A stretch of 64,000 bases of DNA from an uncultured Solirubrobacteraceae bacterium (lineage in GTDB: Bacteria; Actinomycetota; Thermoleophilia; Solirubrobacterales; Solirubrobacteraceae). The stretch lies in the NCBI GenBank assembly GCA_963714215.1, contig CAVQNP010000007.1, positions 278,544 through 342,543 on the forward strand, written 5' to 3'. Shown here piece by piece: positions 41,200 through 50,090 of the stretch (position 1 is the stretch's first letter; every line of letters begins with the position of its first letter). The translations under genes and the position numbers were made by a program. The notes beneath the pieces were generated by a model. That model was not told the DNA's origin and did not search any database. It worked only from the letters and a program-made list of their open reading frames with translations.

Positions 41200-42134
41200 C
41201 CGCGCCGCCACGCGCGAGCGGCGCGATGCGCGGCCGGCCCGCCGCGACGGCCTGCCCGCTGTGCGGCGGCGCGGCTGCCCACGCGTTCGTCGCCTGCGAT
41301 CTAAATCGCATGGCTAGCGACGCGCGCTTCGAGTACGCACGCTGTCGCGTGTGTCACAGCTACTTCCTGGTCTCGCCTCCCGCGGACCTGTCTCCGTACT
41401 ACCCGCAGGAGTACTACGCGCTGCCCTCCGCCGAGGAGCTCGATCGCCTCGCGCTATCGCAGTCGACGGTGGTCCAGGCGCTGCTCGCCCATGGCGGCGG
41501 TCCCGGACGGCTCGTCGAGGTCGGCCCCGGCGAGGGCGTTTTCGCCAGGGCCGCGCTCAACGGGGGCTTCGACGTGACCGCGATCGAGATGGATGCGCGG
41601 GCGTGCGCTCACCTGCGCGAAATCGCCGGCGTGGAGGCGATCAACAGTTCGGAGCCGCAGGAGGTGATCGCGACGCTGCCGCCGAGTCGCGCGATAGTCA
41701 TGTGGCACGTGATCGAGCATCTCAGGCGCCCGTGGGAGGTGATCGAGCGCGCCGCCGCCAATCTGCAGGACGGCGGGGTGCTGGCGCTCGCCACGCCCAA
41801 CCCGGGGGCGGTGCAGTTCAGGCTGCTGGGCCGCCGCTGGGCGCATCTGGATGCCCCCCGTCACCTGTTCCTGATCCCGCACGACACGCTCGAGCGCCGC
41901 TGCGACGGGCTCGACCTCGACCTCGTGTCGGTCACGACAGCCGACGCCGCCGCCCGCCACTGGAATCGCTTCGGCTGGGAGTACGCACTTCGCCGCCCGC
42001 CGCGCAGCCGTCCGCCGACGCGCGCGAGCGCCCTGCCGGCGGCGGCGATCGCGCGCGCGATGGCGCCGATCGAGACGCGCGGCTTCAACGGCTGCGCCTA
42101 CACCTCGTTCTTCGTCAAGCGTCCAGCGACGTGA
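41196..42134 (+). CDS. Class I SAM methyltransferase with N-terminal CxxC motifs (glycan-modifying type)
   Basis: CPLCG, CRVC, VEVGPGEG, MWHVIEHL, ATPN, DAPRHL. Confidence 0.82.
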   Translation: MTAPPRASGAMRGRPAATACPLCGGAAAHAFVACDLNRMASDARFEYARCRVCHSYFLVSPPADLSPYYPQEYYALPSAEELDRLALSQSTVVQALLAHGGGPGRLVEVGPGEGVFARAALNGGFDVTAIEMDARACAHLREIAGVEAINSSEPQEVIATLPPSRAIVMWHVIEHLRRPWEVIERAAANLQDGGVLALATPNPGAVQFRLLGRRWAHLDAPRHLFLIPHDTLERRCDGLDLDLVSVTTADAAARHWNRFGWEYALRRPPRSRPPTRASALPAAAIARAMAPIETRGFNGCAYTSFFVKRPAT

Positions 42135-43621
42135 ACGCCGACGAGACCGAGACAGACCTGCTCGAGACCGAGACCGAGCTCGACCTGCTCAGCACGCCCG
42201 AGGCCGGGCCGGCGGCCGTGCGCGGCGGGGCATTGCGCATCGCCGGCTATGCCGCCGCCTCGCTGCTCGCGCTCGGCTCCGGCGCCGTGCTCTATCGCCA
42301 CCTCGGCGTGATCGACAGCGGCCGATACACGGCCGCCGGCTCACTCGTCGCGCTCGTCGCCGCCGCGTCTGACCTCGGCCTCACCGCGATCGGCCTGCGC
42401 GAGCTGGCGATCCGCTCGGGCGAGGAGCGATTGCGCATGGCCAGCACGCTGCTCGGGCTGCGTCTGCTGATCACCTCGGCCGGCGTCCTCGCCGTGACGG
42501 CCTTTGCGCTGATCGCCTACGGGGCGACGCTCGGGGCGGGCGTCGCGCTCGCCGGGGTGGGACTCCTCTTCACCGTCTGGCAGGGCACGCTCGCGATCCC
42601 GCTGATGGTCGACCTCCGCCTCGGCTGGACCTCGCTGTTCGAATTCCTGCGCCAACTGCTGCTGTCGATCCTGATCGTCGTCCTCGTCGTCGCCGGCGCG
42701 GGGCTGCTCGCGTTCCTCGCCGCCCCGATCCCGGCGGCCCTGGCGGTGCTCGCGTTGACCGCGATCGTGTTCCGCCGCCAGGTGCCCATGCGTATCCGTC
42801 TCGTGCCCGGCGAGTGGCGCACGCTCGTCGCGCCGGTGCTCTCCTACGCCGCCGCCGTGGCTGCCGCCGCGGTCTACTTCCGCGTCGCGATCCTGCTCGT
42901 ATCGGTGCTCTCCAGCGGCAAGCAGCTCGGCTACTTCGGCCTGTCCTTCAACGTGATGGCCGCGCTGTTCGCGATCCCAGCGATGCTCGTCAGCGTCGCC
43001 TTCCCGATCTTCTCGCGCGCTGCGCGAGACGACCACGTCCGTCTCGCCTACGCGATCGAGCGCGTGTTCGAAGTCTCGTTGATCGTCGGCGCGTGGATGT
43101 CGCTGGCGATCGCGCTCGGGGCGCGCTTCGCGATCGAACTGATCGGCGGGCACAAGTTCATCCCCGCCGCCGGCGTGCTCGCGATCCAGGGCATCTCGGT
43201 TGGGGCGACGTTCGTCGGCACCGTCTGGGGATTCGGCCTGCTCAGCCTCGCGCGGCATCGTGCGATCCTGCTGTTCAACCTCTCGGCGCTCGCCGCCGTC
43301 GTCGTTGCGGTGTCGATCCTCGCCAGCATCGACGGGGCGCGCGGTGCCGCGATCGGCACCTCCGCGGTCGAGCTCGGCAACGCGATCGTCGGCGCGTGGC
43401 TGCTCGCGCACGGCCGCGCGCACCTGCGCCCGTCCTTTCGCGTGCTGCCGAAGGTCGCGATCGCGATCGCGATCGCCGCCGCGCCGGCGCTGCTCGACAT
43501 CTCCGAGCCCGCGCGCGTGGCGATCTCGGCTGGGCTTTACCTGGCCGCGCTGTTGCTCCTGCGCGCGCTGCCCGCCGAGCTGCTGGCGCTACTTCCCGGC
43601 AGGCTGCGCCGCGCCGGCTGA
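42131..43621 (+). CDS. wzx: Oligosaccharide flippase (Wzx/MOP family)
   Basis: About 14 TM segments; RHLGVIDSGRY, DLGLTAIGLRE, QLGYFGLS, FPIFSRAA. Confidence 0.8.
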   Translation: MNADETETDLLETETELDLLSTPEAGPAAVRGGALRIAGYAAASLLALGSGAVLYRHLGVIDSGRYTAAGSLVALVAAASDLGLTAIGLRELAIRSGEERLRMASTLLGLRLLITSAGVLAVTAFALIAYGATLGAGVALAGVGLLFTVWQGTLAIPLMVDLRLGWTSLFEFLRQLLLSILIVVLVVAGAGLLAFLAAPIPAALAVLALTAIVFRRQVPMRIRLVPGEWRTLVAPVLSYAAAVAAAAVYFRVAILLVSVLSSGKQLGYFGLSFNVMAALFAIPAMLVSVAFPIFSRAARDDHVRLAYAIERVFEVSLIVGAWMSLAIALGARFAIELIGGHKFIPAAGVLAIQGISVGATFVGTVWGFGLLSLARHRAILLFNLSALAAVVVAVSILASIDGARGAAIGTSAVELGNAIVGAWLLAHGRAHLRPSFRVLPKVAIAIAIAAAPALLDISEPARVAISAGLYLAALLLLRALPAELLALLPGRLRRAG

Positions 43622-44809
43622 CGCGCTCGGCGACCACGCCGCGCAGACATCCAGCGCGTCCCCGTAGCGTCCCTCGACGATCGCCGGGTCGATCGGCGGC
43701 AGCTGGCCGACGAGGCGGTTGAAGGCGCCGATCATCGCCGTGCGCCGCCGGGTCGGCACGAGCCGGTCGACGATCCCGAGCGCCGCGTTGGCCGCTCGGT
43801 ACAGCCAGCGCTCGAGCAGCGGCAGCTCCTGCTCCAGGCGCTCGAGCTCGCCGGTGCGAGCCACCCCTGCCCGCCGGCGCGCGTAGACGTATGCAGCCTG
43901 GACGAAGCGGTAGCGCCTGCGGTCGACCGACAGGCCGAGCTCGCCGCCGAGCCCTCGCTCGAGCGCGCTCATCGCGCTCAGCCAGCCGACGTTGATGTTC
44001 GTGCCCGTGGCCTCCGGCGCTGCGCCGCCGCCGAGGAAGTCGCGCCCCTCGCCCTCCTTGTCGTTGACGTGGAAGTAGCCGTAGGACTTGGGTGTCACGC
44101 CGATCACCACGCGCGGGGCCGGGTCGATCACGATCCGCTCGGCGCGCAGGAAGGCCGCGTTCATCGAGTAGTAGTCCGGGAAATCGGACTGGTAGAAGTC
44201 TCCGTAGCCCGCCAGCGAGTCGATCAGCGGGCGCGAGATCAGCGCGAACTGTGCGTTGAAGTCGTAGCGCAGGCGAAACTGCATCGCTCCGCGCACGAGC
44301 TCCAGCGCGCGCCCGGGCTCGAGCACGAACGGCTCGCTCGCACCCGCGAAGAACTCGCCGCAGCCATGTTCCATCAGCCACCCCGACGGGCGTGCAGGGT
44401 CGACGTCCGGGTAGGTGAAGAGCAGCGCTTTGGCGTAGATCACATCAGGCGCATTGAAGCGCTCGATCAGCTCCCGCATGCTGCTGAGGTAGCCGTCAAG
44501 CAGCGCGTCGTCGTCGCCGAGCATGATCACGTAGTCGCCGTCGCTCAGCGCCAGCGCGCGGTTCCAGTTCTCCGTCACTGCAAGCAGCCGCTCGGTGCGC
44601 CGGTAGACGATGCGCGCGTCCTCCAGCGAGGCGACGTATCCCTCGACGTCCTGCTCGGAGCAGTTGTCGGAGATCACCAGCTGCCAGTCGTCATCGTCCT
44701 GGCGCAGCACCGACGCGACCGCCAGCTTCAGGTACTCCAGGCGGTTGCGGGTTGGGAGGAGGATCGAGAACTTGATTTGAGGATTATGCTCGCGCGATGA
44801 GCGGTCCAC
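43589..44809 (-). CDS. GT2 glycosyltransferase (true start possibly ATC at 44776)
   Basis: FSILLPTRNR, VISDNCS, ENWNRAL, MLGDDD. Confidence 0.85.
   Translation of the reverse strand: MDRSSREHNPQIKFSILLPTRNRLEYLKLAVASVLRQDDDDWQLVISDNCSEQDVEGYVASLEDARIVYRRTERLLAVTENWNRALALSDGDYVIMLGDDDALLDGYLSSMRELIERFNAPDVIYAKALLFTYPDVDPARPSGWLMEHGCGEFFAGASEPFVLEPGRALELVRGAMQFRLRYDFNAQFALISRPLIDSLAGYGDFYQSDFPDYYSMNAAFLRAERIVIDPAPRVVIGVTPKSYGYFHVNDKEGEGRDFLGGGAAPEATGTNINVGWLSAMSALERGLGGELGLSVDRRRYRFVQAAYVYARRRAGVARTGELERLEQELPLLERWLYRAANAALGIVDRLVPTRRRTAMIGAFNRLVGQLPPIDPAIVEGRYGDALDVCAAWSPSASAGAAQPAGK
44783..44790. promoter_or_regulatory. Overlapping bidirectional -10 elements (TATGCT top, CATAAT bottom)
   Basis: ATTATGCT core; 6 nt to ATG 44797 on top and 6 nt to in-frame ATC 44776 on the bottom strand. 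Confidence 0.55.
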
Positions 44810-45717
44810 GCGTGCTGCTGACCGGCGGCTCCGGATTCATCGGATCGCGGGCGATCGCGCCGCTGCGCGCGGCCGGCTTCGAGATCCACGCGCTCGGGCG
44901 CACGCCCGGCGGCTCTTCGGACGTCGTCTGGCACGAGCTCGACCTGCTCGACGACCGCGCGAGCGCTCGGGTGGTCGCGGAGGTCGGCGCCGAGCACCTG
45001 CTGCACCTCGCCTGGTACACCGAGCACGGCCGCTTCTGGAATGCGCCCGAGAACCTCGACTGGGTTGCCGCCAGCGTGCGGCTGCTGCGCGCGTTCGCCG
45101 AGGCCGGCGGGCGGCGCGCGGTGATCGCCGGCACCTGCGCCGAGTACGACTGGGCCGATGCCGAGGAGAGCTGCCGCGAGCGCTCCGACGGCGCTCGCCC
45201 ACAGACTCCGCTGCGGCCGGCGACGCTGTACGGCGCGTGCAAGCACGCCACGCACCTGATCGCCGAGACCTACGCACGCGAGGCCGACCTGAGCCTCGCC
45301 TGGGGTCGCGTGTTCCTGCTGTACGGTCCCGGCGAGGACGAGCGGCGCCTCGTGCCCGACGTCGCGCGCAAGCTGCTCGCGGGGGCGCAGGCGCCGACGA
45401 GCGATGGCGCGCAGGAGCGCGACTTCATGCACGTCGACGACGTCGCCCGCGGCTTCGTCGAGCTGCTCGCGAGCGCCGTCGAGGGTCCCGTCAACATCGC
45501 CTCGGGCCAGGCCGTGAGCATTGCCGAGGTGCTCGCGTTGATCGCCGATGCGGCCGGACACCCCGAGCTGTTGCGCCTCGGCGCGCTGCAGCGACGAGAC
45601 GGCGAGCCCGAGCGGCTCCTCGCAGACGTCACTCGCCTGCGCGACGAGGTCGGCTTTCGGGCGTCGACCGCGCTGGAGCAGGGGATCGCGGAGACCGTCG
45701 CCGCGCTGCGGAACTGA
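44797..45717 (+). CDS. NAD-dependent epimerase/4-reductase (extended SDR, CDP-sugar reductase-like)
   Basis: VLLTGGSGFIG, HLAW, AGTCAEY, YGACK, LYGPGE, RDFMHVDD. Confidence 0.88.
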   Translation: MSGPRVLLTGGSGFIGSRAIAPLRAAGFEIHALGRTPGGSSDVVWHELDLLDDRASARVVAEVGAEHLLHLAWYTEHGRFWNAPENLDWVAASVRLLRAFAEAGGRRAVIAGTCAEYDWADAEESCRERSDGARPQTPLRPATLYGACKHATHLIAETYAREADLSLAWGRVFLLYGPGEDERRLVPDVARKLLAGAQAPTSDGAQERDFMHVDDVARGFVELLASAVEGPVNIASGQAVSIAEVLALIADAAGHPELLRLGALQRRDGEPERLLADVTRLRDEVGFRASTALEQGIAETVAALRN

Positions 45718-45719
45718 AG

Positions 45720-46709
45720 CTAGCGCCCGCCGTCGGGCCCGACGATCGCCTCCAGCTCGCTCATCCCGATCCGCCGCCGCCCCTGCACCTCCCGTCGCTT
45801 GCGCAGCATCCGCGGCAGCTCGCGCAGCGCGTCGCGCCACACGCGCAGCCAGATCGTCAGCTTGCGATCGCGGATCGCCACGGCGAGGTTGACGAGCTGG
45901 CCGAGCAGCAGATGTGGGGCGTGGCGCAGGAGTGCGCTTACGGGCAGGTCCTTGACGATGATCCAGAGTGTGTTGCGCCACAGGTGGTAGCGCGTGAAGT
46001 CCGACAGGCCGCGCCCGATCGTCGCCGAGCCCATGTGATAGACGACGGCGCTCGGGACATAGCGGCAGCTCAGGCCCGCCAGCTGCGCGCGCAGATTCCA
46101 GTCGACGTCCTCGTAGAAGGCGAAGAAGTCCTCGTCGAACTCGCCCACGCGCTGCAGCGCCTCGCGTCGGTATATCGCCGCACCGCCGCACGCGCCGAAG
46201 ATCGCGCGCGGCTCGTCGTACTGGCCGGCATCGCGCTCGCCGTGCCCGCGACGTCCGCCGGTCGCCGCCCAGGTGAACACATCGCCTGCCCCGTCGAGCA
46301 GATCGCGCTGCTCGAAGTCGCGCAGCTTCGCGCCCGCCCAGCCGGCCTCGGGGTGCTCGCGCAGCGCCGCCACCAGCTCGCCGAGGCAGTCTGCAGCCAT
46401 TTCCATGTCGTTGTTGAACAGGCCGACCAGCTCGCCTCGTCCTGCGCGCGCGCAGACGTTGAGCGCGGCCGTCACACCGACGTTCTGCGTCAGCGAGACG
46501 ACCTCGACTTCGGGCCAATGCTCGCCCAGCCAGGCGGCAGTGTCATCGTCTGAGCCGTTGTCTACGACGACCACCTCGAAGTCGCGAAAGCGCTGGCGGG
46601 CCAGCGACGGCAGGATCACCTCGAGCAGGTGGCGCCCGTCGTAGGAGAGCACTGCCACTGTCAGCAGCGGCGTCTCTCCGCCCGTCCATGTCGGCAATGA
46701 TTCGGCCAT
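45720..46709 (-). CDS. GT2 glycosyltransferase
   Basis: VAVLSYDG, VVDNGSDD, LFNND, FDEDFFAFYEDVD. Confidence 0.87.
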   Translation of the reverse strand: MAESLPTWTGGETPLLTVAVLSYDGRHLLEVILPSLARQRFRDFEVVVVDNGSDDDTAAWLGEHWPEVEVVSLTQNVGVTAALNVCARAGRGELVGLFNNDMEMAADCLGELVAALREHPEAGWAGAKLRDFEQRDLLDGAGDVFTWAATGGRRGHGERDAGQYDEPRAIFGACGGAAIYRREALQRVGEFDEDFFAFYEDVDWNLRAQLAGLSCRYVPSAVVYHMGSATIGRGLSDFTRYHLWRNTLWIIVKDLPVSALLRHAPHLLLGQLVNLAVAIRDRKLTIWLRVWRDALRELPRMLRKRREVQGRRRIGMSELEAIVGPDGGR

Positions 46710-47694
46710 GGAAGCGGACAAGCTACCGGCCGCGACGCCCGCACCGGCGAGCGTCGACGTCGTGATCGTGTCCGCCGACATGTCCGCCATGACGCTCGAA
46801 TGCGTCGCCGAGCTCGACGATCCGGCTGTCGCGAGCATCGTCGTCGTCGACAACGCGTTCGGCGACGGGCCCGGCGTCGGCGACGCCCGGGAGGAGATCG
46901 CCGCCCGTGCCACCGTCGTCGCGCTCGACGCGCCGCACGGCTTCGCCGCCGCCAACAACCGCGGCCTGCGCCATGGCAGTGCACCCTATGCGCTGCTGCT
47001 GAACTCCGACGTGCTCGTCGTGCCCGGCGCCATCGAGCTGCTGCTGCGTGCGTTCGCGCAGGACCCACACGCGGTTGTGGCCGGTGGGCGCCTGGTCGAT
47101 CCGCAGACGCTCGCCACCCAGCCGCAGTACCGTCCACGGCCGTTTCCCACGCTCGCCAACTTCCTCGTGATCGTGCTCGGCGTCGAGGAGCTGTGGCCCG
47201 GCAATCCCGTCACGCGCCGCTATCACGGCGCCGCCGAGGGCGACGACGTGAGCACGCGCACAGTCCTCGCGCAGCCCGCCGCTGCCGCGCTGCTCGTGCG
47301 CCGCGACACGATGGACGCCGTCGGCGGCTTCGACGAGCGCTTCTGGTTCTGGTTCGAGGACTCCGACCTGCTGCTGCGCCTCGCCGCGCGCGGCAGCATC
47401 CTCTACGTGCCCGGCGCCGTCTTCCGCCATCTCGGCGGCGGCAGCTTCAGCCGCTGGGACAAGATCGCGCACATCCGCTCCATCCACCACGGCATCGTGC
47501 AGTACGCCGCCGCGCACTTCTCGCGTCTGCAGCGCGCCGCACTCGGCCTCGCCGAGCTGGCCGTCAGCCTGCCGCGCCTCGCGCTGTTCGGTCGCTCACG
47601 GCCCGCCGAGGCGGCCGCGTGGCGCGCTGTGGCTCGTGCCGGCGTTGCGCTTTTGCGCGGGCGCCCGCCGGGGGCGGTCGCGCCGGGGCCTTAG
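46708..47694 (+). CDS. GT2 glycosyltransferase
   Basis: VDVVIVS, VVDNA, GFAAANNRG, LLNSD, FDERFWFWFEDSD. Confidence 0.87.
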   Translation: MEADKLPAATPAPASVDVVIVSADMSAMTLECVAELDDPAVASIVVVDNAFGDGPGVGDAREEIAARATVVALDAPHGFAAANNRGLRHGSAPYALLLNSDVLVVPGAIELLLRAFAQDPHAVVAGGRLVDPQTLATQPQYRPRPFPTLANFLVIVLGVEELWPGNPVTRRYHGAAEGDDVSTRTVLAQPAAAALLVRRDTMDAVGGFDERFWFWFEDSDLLLRLAARGSILYVPGAVFRHLGGGSFSRWDKIAHIRSIHHGIVQYAAAHFSRLQRAALGLAELAVSLPRLALFGRSRPAEAAAWRAVARAGVALLRGRPPGAVAPGP

Positions 47695-49043
47695 CGGCGA
47701 CGGTTCAGCAGCACGCGTCCGCCTGCGAGGTAGGCGGCTTCGCGCATGCGCTGTGCGAGTGGCGCATGCAGCGCACCGGGCGAATCGCCCGGTCGCGTCG
47801 AGCGTCGTGGAGCGCTCAGCCAGCGCACGAGCGGAGCGGCCATGCGCTCCCAGCTCTGTTGCCCAGCCGCGGCGGCCATACGTTGCGAGTAGCTGTCGCG
47901 GCCGTTGTCCAGGACTCGCTCCAGCGCCTCGGCGAGCGCGTGCACGTCCTGCGGCGGTGCCACCTCGCCCAACTGCTCGCGCACGACGTACTCGGCGAGG
48001 TCGTCGCCCGAGGTGCACACGATCGGCACGCCCGCCCAGAAGCAGTCGAGCAGGCGCGTGCGGTAGGCAAAGCGCGTCTCGAGGTGCTCGGCGTGCGCGG
48101 AGATCGCGCAGTCGGCCTGCAGCAGCCATGTTCCACGCTCGGCATACGGGACCCAGCTGTCGTGGAAGAACACAACCGACCCGAGCAGGCCGAGCTGCTC
48201 GGCCAGCGCGCGCGCCTCGCGTGTGCTCTCCACAGCCGCCGGATGGTCGGGTGCACCGCCCATGAACACAAGGCGTAGGCGCGGGCGGCGCTCGGTCAGC
48301 TCGGCGACCGCGCGGATCGCCGTCGGCGCGTCCAGCCAGCGCCAGATGCCCCCGTTCCACAGAGCCAGCTCGTTGTCCGCGACCCCGGCGATCGTCTCGC
48401 GTGGGCCCACGCCCTCCACGCGGACGGGCGCCTCGCGCGGCGCGCCGAACGGCACCAAATCGATCGTCTCGCGCAGGCTCGCGTCCTCGTCGTAGAGCTC
48501 CGGCCCGATCAGCCGCAGCGCAAGCATTGCGCCGAGCCACAGGTCGCGCTGGGACTCGCTCGCGCAGATGAAGTGCTCGCCCGTGCGCAGCGCAGCGTGC
48601 AGGCGGTCGAGCGTCGTCGCCGTGAGCTGGCGGCGTTGCAAGCGTGAGCGGTTGGCCGCCAGCTCGAGCGTCTCCAGCGTCTCCGGGCAGTACAGATCGA
48701 TCACTACGCGCGCCGGCGAGCGTTTCAACCAGCGATCGACCAGCGGCCATTGCGGGTGCGCGATGACCACGTCCGCCTGCTCGATCAGCGCGCGCAGGGG
48801 GTGCGGCGCATGTGGGCGGAAGGGGATCGTGCGGATGCCCTCGGACTCACGTTCCTCGCGGCCACCGTGCGCGACAGTGACCGACGCGTGCGCGCTCAGC
48901 GTTCGCGCGAGCTCCCAGCAGCGGATGCCCAGCCCGGCCATCTCGGCCCCGACCGGATCGGCGCAGATCAGCAGGACGTTGCGCTGTCGCTCGGTGCCCG
49001 CGGAGCCCGGAGCGCTCGCCGGCTCAGGCGCTCCGCCGGGCAT
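47691..49043 (-). CDS. GT4-like glycosyltransferase
   Basis: MAGLGIRCWELAR, CASESQRDLWLG, WNGGIWRWLD, HLETRFAYRTRLLD. Confidence 0.82.
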   Translation of the reverse strand: MPGGAPEPASAPGSAGTERQRNVLLICADPVGAEMAGLGIRCWELARTLSAHASVTVAHGGREERESEGIRTIPFRPHAPHPLRALIEQADVVIAHPQWPLVDRWLKRSPARVVIDLYCPETLETLELAANRSRLQRRQLTATTLDRLHAALRTGEHFICASESQRDLWLGAMLALRLIGPELYDEDASLRETIDLVPFGAPREAPVRVEGVGPRETIAGVADNELALWNGGIWRWLDAPTAIRAVAELTERRPRLRLVFMGGAPDHPAAVESTREARALAEQLGLLGSVVFFHDSWVPYAERGTWLLQADCAISAHAEHLETRFAYRTRLLDCFWAGVPIVCTSGDDLAEYVVREQLGEVAPPQDVHALAEALERVLDNGRDSYSQRMAAAAGQQSWERMAAPLVRWLSAPRRSTRPGDSPGALHAPLAQRMREAAYLAGGRVLLNRRR

Positions 49044-49980
49044 ACACTCCCCGCCGCAGCGCAAGCGAATCGCGAAAGCTGATCGTCTCGTCGATCGCCT
49101 CGGCCGGAGGGCGCGTGCGTGGCGACAGGCCGCTCGCCGCTCGCCAGCCCTCCCAGCGCCCGCGCAGTGCCTGCAGGTCGCGCGAGATCGCCAGATCGGC
49201 GAGCACAACCACGGCCTCCGTCGCCAGCGCGCGCGTGCCGCTGCGCCCACGCAGCAGCCCGTAGCGCCTGAGCATGTAGCCGCGCCCGAAACCGCCGTTG
49301 CGCCGCTGGCGCGCAGAGCGGTGTCCGTGCGTTGCCGAGCCCAGGTGCACGCCGACGGCGTCCGCTGCCACGACCGATCCCCAGCCGGCGCTACGCAGGC
49401 GCAGCGCGAGGTCGAAGTCCTCCATGTAGGCGAAGATCGACTCGTCCAGGCCGCCGACCTGCTCCCACGCCGAGCGCCGGTAGGCGGCGGCCGTGCCCGC
49501 CGGGCCGGCCAGCAGCGGGCGCTCGCGGCGCGCCTGCTCGGCCTCCAGCCCCTGCAGGCGCGGAAAGCCGCCGAGCAGCGCGTCGGCGGCGAGGCCCGCG
49601 CTGTCGATCAGCCGCTCGCCCGGTTGCAGCATTAACGCGGCGACCGAGCCCAGGCTCGCATCCGCCGTAAGCGGGTGCACGAGCGCTTGAAGGAAGTCGG
49701 GGCGAGCGTCGACGTCGTTGTTGATCAGCACGACGATCTCTGCGCTGCCGGCGGCGACGCCGAAGTTGCAGGCTTCGGCGAAGCCGCGGTTCTCGGGCAG
49801 TCGCTGAAGCGTGACGTCCGGCCACTCGGCGGCGACGCGCGCGAACGTGTCGTCGGTCGACCCGTTGTCGATCAGAATCGTGCGGTGCTCGATCGTCTGA
49901 GCGGCCAGATGGCGCAGGCAGCTGTCGGTCAGGTCGTAGCGGTTGTACGCCACGATCACGACGTCTACGGAGGGCGGCAC
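49024..49980 (-). CDS. GT2 glycosyltransferase
   Basis: Leaderless TACGAT-N6-GTG; VVIVAYN, IDNGSTD, NRGFAEACN, LINND, YMEDFD. Confidence 0.87.
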   Translation of the reverse strand: MPPSVDVVIVAYNRYDLTDSCLRHLAAQTIEHRTILIDNGSTDDTFARVAAEWPDVTLQRLPENRGFAEACNFGVAAGSAEIVVLINNDVDARPDFLQALVHPLTADASLGSVAALMLQPGERLIDSAGLAADALLGGFPRLQGLEAEQARRERPLLAGPAGTAAAYRRSAWEQVGGLDESIFAYMEDFDLALRLRSAGWGSVVAADAVGVHLGSATHGHRSARQRRNGGFGRGYMLRRYGLLRGRSGTRALATEAVVVLADLAISRDLQALRGRWEGWRAASGLSPRTRPPAEAIDETISFRDSLALRRGVYARRSA

Positions 49981-50090
49981 AACCCCATCGTATTGGCCGC
50001 GTGAGCGTCCGCCGGGCGCGCGTCCGCCGGTGCGCGCCGGTGCGCGGCGTGTCGTCACCCGTCGCGCCGGCTCACTAGCGTGTCCTCTCC

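Noticed and set aside
42140-42190. ETETDLL-ETETELDLL duplication at the wzx N-terminus
   Set aside because: A short in-frame slippage duplication in a disordered terminus with no evident function.
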